Shown here: in pieces, positions 35,253 to 45,220 of the stretch
How the letters are laid out: every line of letters starts with the position of its first letter
Numbering within the stretch: position 1 is the stretch's first letter
Source of the DNA: a virus
Direction: 5' to 3' (one strand)
IMG/VR virus record: IMGVR_UViG_3300030419_007641
Location: 32,001-96,000 of that record
Length of the DNA: 64,000 nt
Notes under the pieces: model-generated
Database searches by the model: none
Told to the model about the DNA's origin: nothing
Seen by the model: the letters and a program-made list of their open reading frames with translations, nothing else
Translations under genes and position numbers: made by a program

Positions 35253-35993
35253 ATGATTAGTGACGTTTCTAAATTTATTTCAAAGCTAGATAAGCTTAAT
35301 AATACTAAATTCGAGGTATTTGTACCTTCTTTAAATAAAAAAGTAGAAACAAAAGCATTAAATTTAAAGCAACAAAAAGATCTTATTGCCCCTGCATTAG
35401 ATGGTATAAGGGGTACATTAAATTTTAGCAAAACCCTGAATAACGTTATTATTGATAATTCCGGGTTGAATGACTTAAAGATATATGATAGGTTACCTTT
35501 TACTATACAATTAAGAAAAGAAGCTTTGGGTAATAAAATCCAAACTAATGACGGGGAAGTGGAATTACATAAAATTTTAAATAATATTAAAGAAAATTCT
35601 TTTAATATTGCTCCGGAGCAAACAGTCAGGCATGAGAACTTAACAATACACCTAAAAGTACCGACCCTGCAACAAGAAAATATATTACTTACTAATTGTA
35701 TACAAACTATTAGTACACTAGATGATGATCTTACGGAGCATGTTGGTATTTTATATCTGGTTGAAATAGTAAAGTACATCGACAGTTTAAAAATAGATGA
35801 CGAAGTTGTAGATATGTCTGAAATAAAAATTGAGGAAAGAATTAAGTTAGTTGAAAGATTACCACTAGCCATTTATAGAGATATATCCGAGTTTATAGCC
35901 ACTGTAAACAAATACGAAAATGATATTTTAACAGTAGGCGGTGTATTGATAACTATTGATTCTTTATTTTTTGATTCTTCGAGCGATGAATAA
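35253..35993 (+). CDS. baseplate hub protein (gp26-like)
   Basis: VPSLNKKV..KAL.LKQQK; LKVPTL; gp26-like pattern. Confidence 0.6.
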   Translation: MISDVSKFISKLDKLNNTKFEVFVPSLNKKVETKALNLKQQKDLIAPALDGIRGTLNFSKTLNNVIIDNSGLNDLKIYDRLPFTIQLRKEALGNKIQTNDGEVELHKILNNIKENSFNIAPEQTVRHENLTIHLKVPTLQQENILLTNCIQTISTLDDDLTEHVGILYLVEIVKYIDSLKIDDEVVDMSEIKIEERIKLVERLPLAIYRDISEFIATVNKYENDILTVGGVLITIDSLFFDSSSDE

Positions 35994-36001
35994 ATATATT
36001 T

Positions 36002-37057
36002 GTGGCTGACCAATCTAAAAAACGCGGACTTATGTCTGGAGTCTTCCGAGGAGAACTTCTGGGAAAAATTGACTCTATCGCGGGGGAGAAAAGCAAATCT
36101 ACATTAGAAAGGGATGTAGTTAACTCAAAAAGAATAAATCCGGTATTAACAGGGCCTGAAAGAACGCGACTGGTAAATGAAACCAAGCTATTTTGGGATA
36201 CTTATTTTAAACTGGCTCCTAAGTATCAAAAGGATACAAAAGGTAAGACGAAGGTCGGTAAATCACCGGCTGATAAAGTACTGGAGGATGCTGAAGCAGG
36301 AAGCGTCCAGGGTAAATCGAAAAAAAGTTTGGGGCTGGTAGCAATGGCTTTAGCGAAAGTTGCTGCTGTTGCAGCTGTGGTTCTAGGGGCGGGTGGGTTT
36401 GCTGTTAAAAAAGTAATGGAGTCTATCGATGCTTATAAAAAGATGCGTGATGAACAAAAAGATGCGGAGAGAGTAATTAAGGAATGGCAAAAAAGGTACG
36501 GTATAATGTCAGAGGACCTTGGAAAAAAAAGCGCGGCTGAAGCTGCAGCAGGTAACCCTCTCCAAGCTAAAATGGCTAAATTACAGCAAGAGATGATCGA
36601 TGTAAGCGCGCGTGAGCAAGCAGCTCAAATGAAGGTAAGAACTTCATTGGGGTACCGGATGTCACAAGCAGAGATCGGCGGGGTGTCACTGAGCCCGACA
36701 AACAAACGAGCATGGGCGATGATGGAAAAACTGGCGATCAAGCCCTTTCAGCAGCAGAAAGCAGATATTACAAAACAAATGAACGAGGTTCGACAACAGA
36801 TCAACAACCAGAAAAAAGGTCTTGATGAACAAGTAGCAACAAATAACCACTTATCAAATTTAGTTAAGCTAACAGAGTCCATCGCGAAAAGGGGCGGTGG
36901 AGGGAGTGCACCGGTTCCACCAGTAAATACTAAATCTCCTTCATTAAAATCTGATACTACTGGAGCCGCGCCAGGAGGACCACCGTCAATGGATTCATCA
37001 AGGCTCTCATATTATAATTCACCCGGTAGTATGAATACACCAGCAGTAGTAGAGTAA
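36002..37057 (+). CDS. putative tape measure (gp29-like), coiled-coil
   Basis: Position after the hub genes; Ala/Gln-rich helices; hydrophobic segment; LVKLTE motif near the C-terminus. Confidence 0.45.
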   Translation: MADQSKKRGLMSGVFRGELLGKIDSIAGEKSKSTLERDVVNSKRINPVLTGPERTRLVNETKLFWDTYFKLAPKYQKDTKGKTKVGKSPADKVLEDAEAGSVQGKSKKSLGLVAMALAKVAAVAAVVLGAGGFAVKKVMESIDAYKKMRDEQKDAERVIKEWQKRYGIMSEDLGKKSAAEAAAGNPLQAKMAKLQQEMIDVSAREQAAQMKVRTSLGYRMSQAEIGGVSLSPTNKRAWAMMEKLAIKPFQQQKADITKQMNEVRQQINNQKKGLDEQVATNNHLSNLVKLTESIAKRGGGGSAPVPPVNTKSPSLKSDTTGAAPGGPPSMDSSRLSYYNSPGSMNTPAVVE

Positions 37058-37119
37058 TAATACATTAATACCGTAAGATTTGTTTAATTAGATACTAAGG
37101 TTGTTACCTAAATATTAAT

Positions 37120-38028
37120 ATGGCGACATATGACATTGTAAGAGATTACGCGTGGACCACTGCGTCTCAAGCAGAGCGGGCAAATGCGCCGTATGTTGAC
37201 GTGAGCGGATGCAGGCTCGATGGGTCTAATTTGCAACAAGCAATACAAGGATATTTAGCGTTCTCAGGTGCTGATGAACCCGGAAAAGATTTTATAAAAA
37301 GTTTATACAAATGTGATCCTAGTAGTGAAAAGCAAAACTTTACATTTCCTTTTTTCGGAACAAATATAAGATCTTTTGCTAATGAATATGCAGATACTTT
37401 TTCCAATATAGCGCAACGGGGTACCGAGTTTCCAGGAAAGCCATTAATTGATGCTGTGCGGACTGGTGCGGACTGGGCAATAGGTGGTCAAGAAGCAATA
37501 ACAAAGCTTATTGATGATGATTGGTTTAAGAAAGGTGTTGAGACATATAATGAATTTGCCGGGAAAATAGGGTTTAATATTTCAATCCCAGAGGCTAATT
37601 CACCTGGTGCACCTGGAACGTACATTGAGTCACCTATGTTTTATCAATATGGTAATACAGATGCCGCATTACAAGTGTCATTTGTATTATCTAATACATA
37701 TGACGAAGCATCAACTAGAAAAAATATAGATTTTATAAATGATTTTACACGATTTAATAGGCCTGAGCGATTGGGCGCTATTAATCTTAGCTACCCTATG
37801 GTCTATAACGTTGTGCTGCCAGGGTGGCGGAAAATAGTATGGGCCTATATAAGTGGGTTTTCTATAAATTTTCTAGGTGCGCGCCGGATCCTTGATACCT
37901 ATGACATGCAAGGTGGAGGCGGCCCCACGATTGTACCAGAAGCGTTTCAGTGCGACTTTGCTTTTAAGTCACTTACAATAGAAAATGCTGAAATGGTGGA
38001 ACCAACTGACGCCGCAAATGTAGGTTAA
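37120..38028 (+). CDS. baseplate tail-tube cap, gp48-like
   Basis: F.L.N...N...I; P..Y.V..PG...; AYIS..S..F; position. Confidence 0.5.
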   Translation: MATYDIVRDYAWTTASQAERANAPYVDVSGCRLDGSNLQQAIQGYLAFSGADEPGKDFIKSLYKCDPSSEKQNFTFPFFGTNIRSFANEYADTFSNIAQRGTEFPGKPLIDAVRTGADWAIGGQEAITKLIDDDWFKKGVETYNEFAGKIGFNISIPEANSPGAPGTYIESPMFYQYGNTDAALQVSFVLSNTYDEASTRKNIDFINDFTRFNRPERLGAINLSYPMVYNVVLPGWRKIVWAYISGFSINFLGARRILDTYDMQGGGGPTIVPEAFQCDFAFKSLTIENAEMVEPTDAANVG

Positions 38029-38033
38029 TAACT

Positions 38034-38447
38034 ATGAGCTTAACAGGAAAATTAGGAAGATATCAAAACCGGGTTGCTAATCCGAGTCTATCTGCTATTG
38101 ACATTAAAAAATATGAACGAATCTTTAAAGTCTATACCGAGCCTAATAATGGTAAAGAATTTTATTTTTATAATATTTTAAGAAAAGTAGAATTTCCTAC
38201 TGAGATCCAATCTAATTTTTTATCGGCTTTTAGTCCTCAATCGCGTATGCCTCTCACCACCGTCTCCTTTAATCTGTATCAAGATATAGACAGCTGGTGG
38301 CTAATTTACCTACTAAACAAGGATGTAATAGGTAAACAATTCTATGTGGAAGGTGGTCAGCAATTAAAATACATACTACCGGAATTCAGAGACGTTATTT
38401 ATGACCAGATAACGAATATTACTGTGTATGATAACAGACATTTCTAA
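38034..38447 (+). CDS. gp53: baseplate wedge gp53-like (LysM-type)
   Basis: VSFNLYQDIDSWWLIYLLN pattern. Confidence 0.7.
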   Translation: MSLTGKLGRYQNRVANPSLSAIDIKKYERIFKVYTEPNNGKEFYFYNILRKVEFPTEIQSNFLSAFSPQSRMPLTTVSFNLYQDIDSWWLIYLLNKDVIGKQFYVEGGQQLKYILPEFRDVIYDQITNITVYDNRHF

Positions 38448-39910
38448 TGGCACAAGAATATATAATTAATGGTAATCGGTTTGAATGTGAGTTTAAGATT
38501 ACTAATGCAGATGGTGATAAAAGTGTTGATTTTACAAAATCTGCTATTAAGTCACTTGATTTAACAGAAAATATATTTGAGCCTTTTCAACATGCTACAA
38601 TTACTTTTAGCAATCCTTTTGATTTTCTAGAAAGTGAAATGTTAACAAGGGGCGATGGTAGTGATTTATTCGAATTTTCTATAAAGCCTACCGGGGATCT
38701 GGTTCAGGCAGCTGCTGAAGTCGGTGATACGGATCCTACTTTAAAGTATAAATTTGTAATTGCAGATGAACAAAATAGTACTTCTAAAGAAAGCCGAAAT
38801 AACAATTTAAAAACATACACCTTACTAGATCAAAATTATTGGAAGTTAAATCAGCCTATCCCCTATGGAACAAGATACAGAGGTAAAATAGGGGATATAC
38901 TTAAAGAGATTTTTAAAGAAAAGAAAATAGAAATAAATGAAGAAAAATGGGAATCAGGTGATCACTTCATAGATATTTTTCCAGAACATATTCTACCGGC
39001 CTCCTCTTTTAGATATTCAGATCTAGTAAAATATTTAATTAGATATAATTATAATAATGTTAGCTCGGGTGGGCAACAATCTAGCCCTCAAGGAAATCCA
39101 AGTGAAGGAGATACATATGTCCGGTCTATGCTAATATGGGATCGATCAGATACAGATGGAGATGATGCGGATCGTGACGGGGCATATCACTTTCAACCTC
39201 TCAATAAATTATATGAAAATATAGAATCAACGGAAGCTTTTATAATAGGTGACATGTCGAGTAAATATGCTACCAATGCAAATAATCCCGGGCAGATGAG
39301 GGACCGGGAAAATAAAACTTTTGCTTATAAGAGTGAAGCACATAATACTGATCTTACTACTCCAATGTTAACATATAGTAACGAGTACTTTATAAATTTT
39401 ATTGCCTCGGGATATGATCCAGAATTAGGTCAACACGGATTAAGAGAGATCCGAATTGAGGAGGTGAAAGAAAAATGGAAGGCTATGTTTGTGGATCCAT
39501 TTAAGACGTTGGAGGGTGAACCTGATCCCTTTTTACCACTAAATGAAGAAAAAAAGCAAAGGTTATTTAAAACTTTTAGTTTTCCTTTTAGTCTAAATAA
39601 AGTTGCTAAAATAGCAGAGGCGCAAATGATTTCCGATTTAACTTTTTATAATCTTGAATTGGCAATGACCCAGATAGGGGATACTAAAAGAACAGCAGGT
39701 AAATTTATTGACGTTATGGGAATGGCCAATGCAGTAGATGTAGATGCCAAACTTATAGGGACCTGGCTTGTTACTAAATGCCATCATCAATTTTCACACG
39801 ACAACTACTTTAACACTATACAATGCGTAAAAACTTACGTAGGACCTGGTGGGCAGTACAGTAATAGTATCGACAACGTAAAGAATGACTGCCCGAAATT
39901 ACTAAATTAA
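38447..39910 (+). CDS. baseplate hub gp27-like
   Basis: LDLTENIFEPF..ATITF; GTWLVTKCHHQF. Confidence 0.55.
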   Translation: MAQEYIINGNRFECEFKITNADGDKSVDFTKSAIKSLDLTENIFEPFQHATITFSNPFDFLESEMLTRGDGSDLFEFSIKPTGDLVQAAAEVGDTDPTLKYKFVIADEQNSTSKESRNNNLKTYTLLDQNYWKLNQPIPYGTRYRGKIGDILKEIFKEKKIEINEEKWESGDHFIDIFPEHILPASSFRYSDLVKYLIRYNYNNVSSGGQQSSPQGNPSEGDTYVRSMLIWDRSDTDGDDADRDGAYHFQPLNKLYENIESTEAFIIGDMSSKYATNANNPGQMRDRENKTFAYKSEAHNTDLTTPMLTYSNEYFINFIASGYDPELGQHGLREIRIEEVKEKWKAMFVDPFKTLEGEPDPFLPLNEEKKQRLFKTFSFPFSLNKVAKIAEAQMISDLTFYNLELAMTQIGDTKRTAGKFIDVMGMANAVDVDAKLIGTWLVTKCHHQFSHDNYFNTIQCVKTYVGPGGQYSNSIDNVKNDCPKLLN

Positions 39911-39916
39911 TTAATC

Positions 39917-41347
39917 ATGGCTGTAGACGCAATACTTAGATTACGAGACGCGGAACCAATTATCGACAATAAGGCTGAGTTATTGAGAGCTTTGGAGAGA
40001 ACTGCTAGCCAGTTTGATGAGCTTATTGGATATCCATTTGGTACTAATGATGAAGCTGCTGACAATGCTAAAGACGGGTTACCATGTTCAGCAGCCGATG
40101 GGGAGTATACAGATGCAGATAAAGAATTTTTAGAGTTATTTAAAAAAATTGCACATGAGGGCACCGATGACTTATCTGAATTTATTGATAAAATAGCCGA
40201 TGAGGGTAATGATATAGATGAAGCCTCTATAATTTACTATATTAATCAGCTTTTTAGTAGGTGGCCACCAGATCTTATCTCAATTATAGAAGGTGTGCCC
40301 CCAGAAATAAAATCGTTTTTTAGATTTGCACCTGATATCATGGGAGCAAACGGCGAAGCATTTGTAAACCGGGCAATTGCTCCAGAGCTTCCGCGATTGG
40401 TTGCACTGGGAGGTTTAATTGCAGCCCGTCCAAATTCTTCGGCGCCTGTATCTAAGACTTCTCTATTACAGAGAGGGCAGGTACCTTTAAATGCTGCTCC
40501 TGTTACTTTTAATAAAAGCCCGGGTATCGTTCAAAAGTTGCTGTGGCAAAATACAATAAACGTACAAGAAGTATATGTACGTAATTTCGATCAGTTGGTA
40601 GCATTTGATAATACTAGTACATTATCCGGGCCGGATCTTGACAAATTAAATGAATTCCGAATAAGCAATGAAGCGGTGCAATATGTAGTAGCAGTAGGTG
40701 CTGAGGCAGGTGAAGGTGAACCTGGATTACCGCCTCATGCAGCTGGTGATCCGAGAGAGGCGACTCCTCCGGTTGCACCTAACGGCCAACCAGGCGGAGG
40801 CGCTGGACCGGCCCGATTTGCTGACCCAGCATTTATGGAACATGACGGCCATAACCATCTGCCACATGCAAATATTGGAGTTAAAGATGTAGAATTCTTT
40901 AATACTATTTTAAAAGTTCATAAATGGATTTATGATAGTGTAGACGAAGAATTAGGTGAAGACGACTTCAAGCTATGTGTGTTCAAGAAAAGAATAAACT
41001 ACTTTAATGCAGAACAAAATATAGCACAGTCTGAAAACGATACAGTAGGTAGAGTGGTAGAATATATTTCTCGCTCATTTGACGATAAATCAGATAACAA
41101 CCAAGCGGCTAATGGCGAGGAGGAAATTATAACTAAGTTTGCTACTATAGAGACTGATCTCTTTGGTAATACATTTACCTCGGCAGATGAAGGTGGAGAG
41201 CCTGGTCGCATGGCCTTTGAATTAACAGTACCTGATCACGGGGCTGAAGATGAAGATGGTACCTTTAAGCTGTATACTGTTAAGGGGCAGCTCGGTAGTG
41301 GAAGAGATGTTAAAGAGGATGATATCGTTAAGGAGTGTAAGACTTAA
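39917..41347 (+). CDS. acidic hypothetical virion protein with a Pro/Gly-rich insert
   Basis: ORF track; position within the baseplate operon. Confidence 0.7.
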   Translation: MAVDAILRLRDAEPIIDNKAELLRALERTASQFDELIGYPFGTNDEAADNAKDGLPCSAADGEYTDADKEFLELFKKIAHEGTDDLSEFIDKIADEGNDIDEASIIYYINQLFSRWPPDLISIIEGVPPEIKSFFRFAPDIMGANGEAFVNRAIAPELPRLVALGGLIAARPNSSAPVSKTSLLQRGQVPLNAAPVTFNKSPGIVQKLLWQNTINVQEVYVRNFDQLVAFDNTSTLSGPDLDKLNEFRISNEAVQYVVAVGAEAGEGEPGLPPHAAGDPREATPPVAPNGQPGGGAGPARFADPAFMEHDGHNHLPHANIGVKDVEFFNTILKVHKWIYDSVDEELGEDDFKLCVFKKRINYFNAEQNIAQSENDTVGRVVEYISRSFDDKSDNNQAANGEEEIITKFATIETDLFGNTFTSADEGGEPGRMAFELTVPDHGAEDEDGTFKLYTVKGQLGSGRDVKEDDIVKECKT

Positions 41348-41349
41348 TC

Positions 41350-41796
41350 TTATACATCAATAATATCGCTATCATCCTTATCTACTAGCGCAGCCATAAT
41401 ATCTTCGCGAGAGAGAAGAACTTTTGTTTGATTATCAACAATGCTAATTCTTTCCTTTGATTCAACGTCCATTCTCTTAACTTCTTTTTGAGTTTCGTTC
41501 CTTTCGTTAGAACTGTGCAATTTTTGTAGTGTATCTATAGAGCCAGCAGTTGCTTTAATTACTTCTGCTAATGCTGCAACATCTCTATTTTCCGGAGCTG
41601 ATGAAATGTAATCATTAACGTTATCTACAATCTCTAAAGACTTACTAACAAGCTTACCAGAAGATTTCATAATAAACTCTTCTAAGTTTTCTTTATCAAT
41701 ATGTACATCTTTTTGCTTTTCACGTACAGCTTCTTTACTACCCTTGATTTGAGTAATAATATCATTTACTGCCTCATCTAACTCATCATTAGCCAT
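41350..41796 (-). CDS. putative terminase small subunit (gp16-like)
   Basis: APENRDVAALAEVIK...L.KL...N..V..SREDIMAAL resembles the gp16 PR..EV...K...NN..GS..L pattern; late promoter. Confidence 0.5.
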   Translation of the reverse strand: MANDELDEAVNDIITQIKGSKEAVREKQKDVHIDKENLEEFIMKSSGKLVSKSLEIVDNVNDYISSAPENRDVAALAEVIKATAGSIDTLQKLHSSNERNETQKEVKRMDVESKERISIVDNQTKVLLSREDIMAALVDKDDSDIIDV

Positions 41797-41851
41797 TGCA
41801 CATATATTTAATCTATAGTTGAATTTTTTTATTAGCCCGTTATTATATAGT

Positions 41852-42274
41852 ATGTTATTAAAGTTTAAGAAAACTAATGAGAGGGCGGTTCTCCCCTGTA
41901 AGAACCATGCGGACGATACAGGGCTAGATGTGACATCAGTTGTGGATAAAGTTATTCCAGCTCGTGGGTCTGCTGTTGTAGACGTCGGATTAGAATTTGC
42001 TCACATTGATTCACAATTTTGGGTTAAAATAGAAGGTAGATCTGGTATGGGATTTAAACACGGAATTTTACCACATCCTGGGATAATTGATAGTGGATAT
42101 AGAGGCGATGCTGGCGTTAAGCTATATAATCTTACTGATAAAGACTATGAAGTAAAAGCTGGTGATAGAATTGCGCAATTTGTAGTATATACTAATCATG
42201 TAGTGGAAGTACAGGAAGGCGACATTCAAGAGACAGAGAGAGGTGCTAAAGGTTTCGGTTCTTCTGGTAAATAA
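41852..42274 (+). CDS. dut: trimeric dUTPase
   Basis: DTGLD, EGRSGMG, GIIDSGYRG, GDRIAQ, RGAKGFGSSG. Confidence 0.96.
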   Translation: MLLKFKKTNERAVLPCKNHADDTGLDVTSVVDKVIPARGSAVVDVGLEFAHIDSQFWVKIEGRSGMGFKHGILPHPGIIDSGYRGDAGVKLYNLTDKDYEVKAGDRIAQFVVYTNHVVEVQEGDIQETERGAKGFGSSGK

Positions 42275-42276
42275 TT

Positions 42277-43203
42277 ATGGTAGATTTTGATAAAATTTGG
42301 GTAGAAAAATATCGCCCGCAGACGCTAGACGATATTATTCTGGATGAAGAAACATTACGAGTAGTTAAGGAGTTTAAAAATGAAATTCCTAATCTTTTAT
42401 TTGTTGGTAATCCCGGTACCGGTAAAACAACGTTAGCGAGAGTTATTGTTAACGACATTCTCGGATGCAATTATCTTTATATTAATGCTTCTGATGAGTC
42501 TGGTATCGATACTATTCGACACAATATTACTAACTTTGCTCAAACTAAATCTTTTGATGGTGGAGTTAAGGTTGTAATTCTAGATGAAGGTGACGGTCTA
42601 ACACCGCAAGCTCAAGCCGCTCTCCGTAATACAATGGAGTCGTATGCTAAGTATTGTAGGTTTATTATTACAGCAAACTACAAGCATAAGATTATCCCGG
42701 CTGTGCAATCTAGATGTCAGTCGCTAACTATCAAACCTGTTTTAGACTTAGCAGTTAAAAGATGTTATAGTATATTACAACAGGAGAGTGTAACAGTTCC
42801 GGAAGAGCAAAAGAAGAAGTTTGTACAGTTGGTTAAAAAGAGCTTCCCGGATCTTAGAAAAACAATCAACGAGCTTCAAAAGAACGTTATTGATTCAGAG
42901 CTTTGCATTACTAGTATTAATACTGATAACGAATTATTGGAAACAATTTACAAAAAAATAGCTAGTAAGAAATGCTTAGATGCTAGAAGATATCTAATTG
43001 AGAATGAAGATAGGTTTCAAGGTGATTACGATACGTTGCTTTGTAACTATCTAGATTTTATCTACAATGCGAATGTACAAGATATCAAAAAGAAAGAGAT
43101 GATTGCTATTATTGCAGATCATCTCTATAAGAGTGCGTTTGTTGTTGATAAAGAAATCAACGCATTTGCATGCTTAGTAAATTTAGAAAATGCTTTAGAC
43201 TAA
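42277..43203 (+). CDS. gp44: clamp loader AAA+ subunit, gp44/RFC-like
   Basis: WVEKYRP, GNPGTGKTT, INASDE, LDEGD, SRC. Confidence 0.95.
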   Translation: MVDFDKIWVEKYRPQTLDDIILDEETLRVVKEFKNEIPNLLFVGNPGTGKTTLARVIVNDILGCNYLYINASDESGIDTIRHNITNFAQTKSFDGGVKVVILDEGDGLTPQAQAALRNTMESYAKYCRFIITANYKHKIIPAVQSRCQSLTIKPVLDLAVKRCYSILQQESVTVPEEQKKKFVQLVKKSFPDLRKTINELQKNVIDSELCITSINTDNELLETIYKKIASKKCLDARRYLIENEDRFQGDYDTLLCNYLDFIYNANVQDIKKKEMIAIIADHLYKSAFVVDKEINAFACLVNLENALD

Positions 43204-43205
43204 CC

Positions 43206-43736
43206 TTAGGCTACCTCTGCGCCTAACCCTTCATCATCTTTATAACGAGTTTCATACTGGGCACTGAAACCATCCCTCGTACCCTCAATTTCTACGTCTT
43301 CTACATTCTTAAGACTGTCAGTAATAGTATCAATTAAATCTTGTATAAATTCTTCTTCGGGAACCTCTAGAGCCATCCCTAACTTCTTAAGGTCGTTAGC
43401 AATAGTTTTAGCTGAATTATTGATATAGGATTTATATTTGGCTTCTTGACCTGATCTACGACCTGCCGCGGCTTCCTCTTTTCCGCCTTTAGTCCACTCA
43501 GCCCCCTTTTTAGCCAACCCTCCTTTAGAAGCGTCTACCCCTAAAGCCTGGCCTCCGAGCTCAGCAGTTTTACTTAAAACATCACCAGCCAATTCTTTGG
43601 CTGCTCCTTTTATTCGTTTACCGGCGCCCTTAAAGGCACCTACTGCTTGATCTTTTCTAGCCTTTAACCTGTCTAAAAACCCTTCTTCAATGCTTTGATA
43701 CGCCTCTGCTAATAGCTGTTGGTCTCTTTTGTTCAT
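43206..43736 (-). CDS. hypothetical protein with MNKRDQQLLAEAY leader (putative internal head protein)
   Basis: Leader type recalled from T4-like phage proteins. Confidence 0.7.
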   Translation of the reverse strand: MNKRDQQLLAEAYQSIEEGFLDRLKARKDQAVGAFKGAGKRIKGAAKELAGDVLSKTAELGGQALGVDASKGGLAKKGAEWTKGGKEEAAAGRRSGQEAKYKSYINNSAKTIANDLKKLGMALEVPEEEFIQDLIDTITDSLKNVEDVEIEGTRDGFSAQYETRYKDDEGLGAEVA

Positions 43737-43753
43737 TTATCTTTTACCTAGTT

Positions 43754-44353
43754 TTATTGCCCTATAGGTGGCGGTATCACAGCCGCAGAACTACTTGTGT
43801 CGTAATAATGATCCTCTGTGGGGCAAGGACAGGGAATCTCCACATTTTGGGTTGGAAGAGATCTTTCCGTTGGAGTTAAATCATGAGGTTCTGTACCTCC
43901 GCGGTCCGATCTATTAGCAAGGTTCTCTTCATCTTCTGGCAGCTCTTCAGGTTTAATATTAACCTTGTCCGCTCTTCTCATCGCATCAGGAATTGGAAGA
44001 AGATTAGGATAATACTGAACAGCCTGGCCTAGTTCACCAGGAATCGAACAATAATGAGAATATCTTCCACCACCTGTATCTAATGCTATATCAAGTATTA
44101 CATCAATTGAAGCTGTTGCGGGGTTAGCTGGATAGCGCGCGGGGTCTGTATCTTTAATTCCAACAATTCGAATATGGAGACCTGAATCAATCATTTGGTT
44201 AATTAGATCTTGAGTATTAGTGCCAAGTTCTTTGAAACCATCTGAGCCTTTAAAATTGTCGTTAAACTTAAAAACGTCACCTACGAGGAATCCACCCCGC
44301 TCGTATCTCCGCATATAAGACTCATGTAACTTAACAAACTTTTTACCTGCCAT
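43754..44353 (-). CDS. late hypothetical protein (start re-assigned to MAGKKFVKLHE)
   Basis: TAAATA (44359..44364) 5 nt above ATG 44353. Confidence 0.7.
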   Translation of the reverse strand: MAGKKFVKLHESYMRRYERGGFLVGDVFKFNDNFKGSDGFKELGTNTQDLINQMIDSGLHIRIVGIKDTDPARYPANPATASIDVILDIALDTGGGRYSHYCSIPGELGQAVQYYPNLLPIPDAMRRADKVNIKPEELPEDEENLANRSDRGGTEPHDLTPTERSLPTQNVEIPCPCPTEDHYYDTSSSAAVIPPPIGQ

Positions 44354-44399
44354 AATATTATTTATACAACCCTGCAGATAATCACACAGATATGCAAGT

Positions 44400-44666
44400 T
44401 TAATCTCTAAGAAATTCTGCGATTGTATGGAAAGCATCAAATAGCTCTATATCATCTTCTATAGCAGGTCCTAAATCTTCCTCAATTTCAAAAGAGTGTG
44501 TGGTATATACCGACCTTTGACTTACCCACCGTTCATCCTTAATATATACCCGCTCATACGAAGGGTCTGGAAGATTTAATCTTGAATACAGCTCTTTTTT
44601 AAGAGCACTTACTAGTTCTTTAGGTTCTATTTCCACTTCAATAGCAGTTTTACCTTTGACATGCAT
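44400..44666 (-). CDS. hypothetical protein
   Basis: ORF track; motif at 44673..44690 lies 6 nt upstream. Confidence 0.65.
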   Translation of the reverse strand: MHVKGKTAIEVEIEPKELVSALKKELYSRLNLPDPSYERVYIKDERWVSQRSVYTTHSFEIEEDLGPAIEDDIELFDAFHTIAEFLRD

Positions 44667-44672
44667 ACTTTA

Positions 44673-44690
44673 ATTATATTGTAGTTCCTT
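44673..44690 (-). promoter_or_regulatory. early/middle promoter motif AAGGAACT-ACAA-TATAAT
   Basis: Motif copy. Confidence 0.7.
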
Positions 44691-44726
44691 AAACTCGATT
44701 TACCACTGGTGTATTAAATATTATAA

Positions 44727-45218
44727 ATGGGTGCTATTAAATTATCTAAACTTTCTGTAGATACAGCGGATAACGCTGCTTTAAAGGGTGGGTACCTATA
44801 TAAGGATTTGTTTTTAGGGCAGGATATGAACCGTGTTACATACAATAGTCAGTTTGATGCTGCAAACGAAATTAAAGATGTACAGGGAATGTACGATTTA
44901 ATGTCTATAGAAAATAGTATTAAAAATATATTTGGTACGATTCCTGGGCAAAAAATACTCAGCCCCACTTTTGGAATAGATCTGAGGGAGTTTATTTTTG
45001 AGCCAGTTACACGATTTAATGGGCGTATAATTCAGGGAGAGATTGCATCTGCAATTGCTCAGCAAGAGCCTAGAGTTCAAAGAGTCCGTTCAGCGGTTAC
45101 CGCCCATGAAGATATTCAAGAGTATTCCATAACAACCACATATGATGTTCGCTCATTAGATACATATGGCATTTCTTTAAAGTCAGTACTAAATAGTAGC
45201 GGACATTTTTTTCCTTAA
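44727..45218 (+). CDS. gp25: baseplate wedge gp25
   Basis: SIENSIKNIFGT.PG.K...P.FG.DL...IFEP; EPRV. Confidence 0.9.
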   Translation: MGAIKLSKLSVDTADNAALKGGYLYKDLFLGQDMNRVTYNSQFDAANEIKDVQGMYDLMSIENSIKNIFGTIPGQKILSPTFGIDLREFIFEPVTRFNGRIIQGEIASAIAQQEPRVQRVRSAVTAHEDIQEYSITTTYDVRSLDTYGISLKSVLNSSGHFFP

Positions 45219-45220
45219 GC

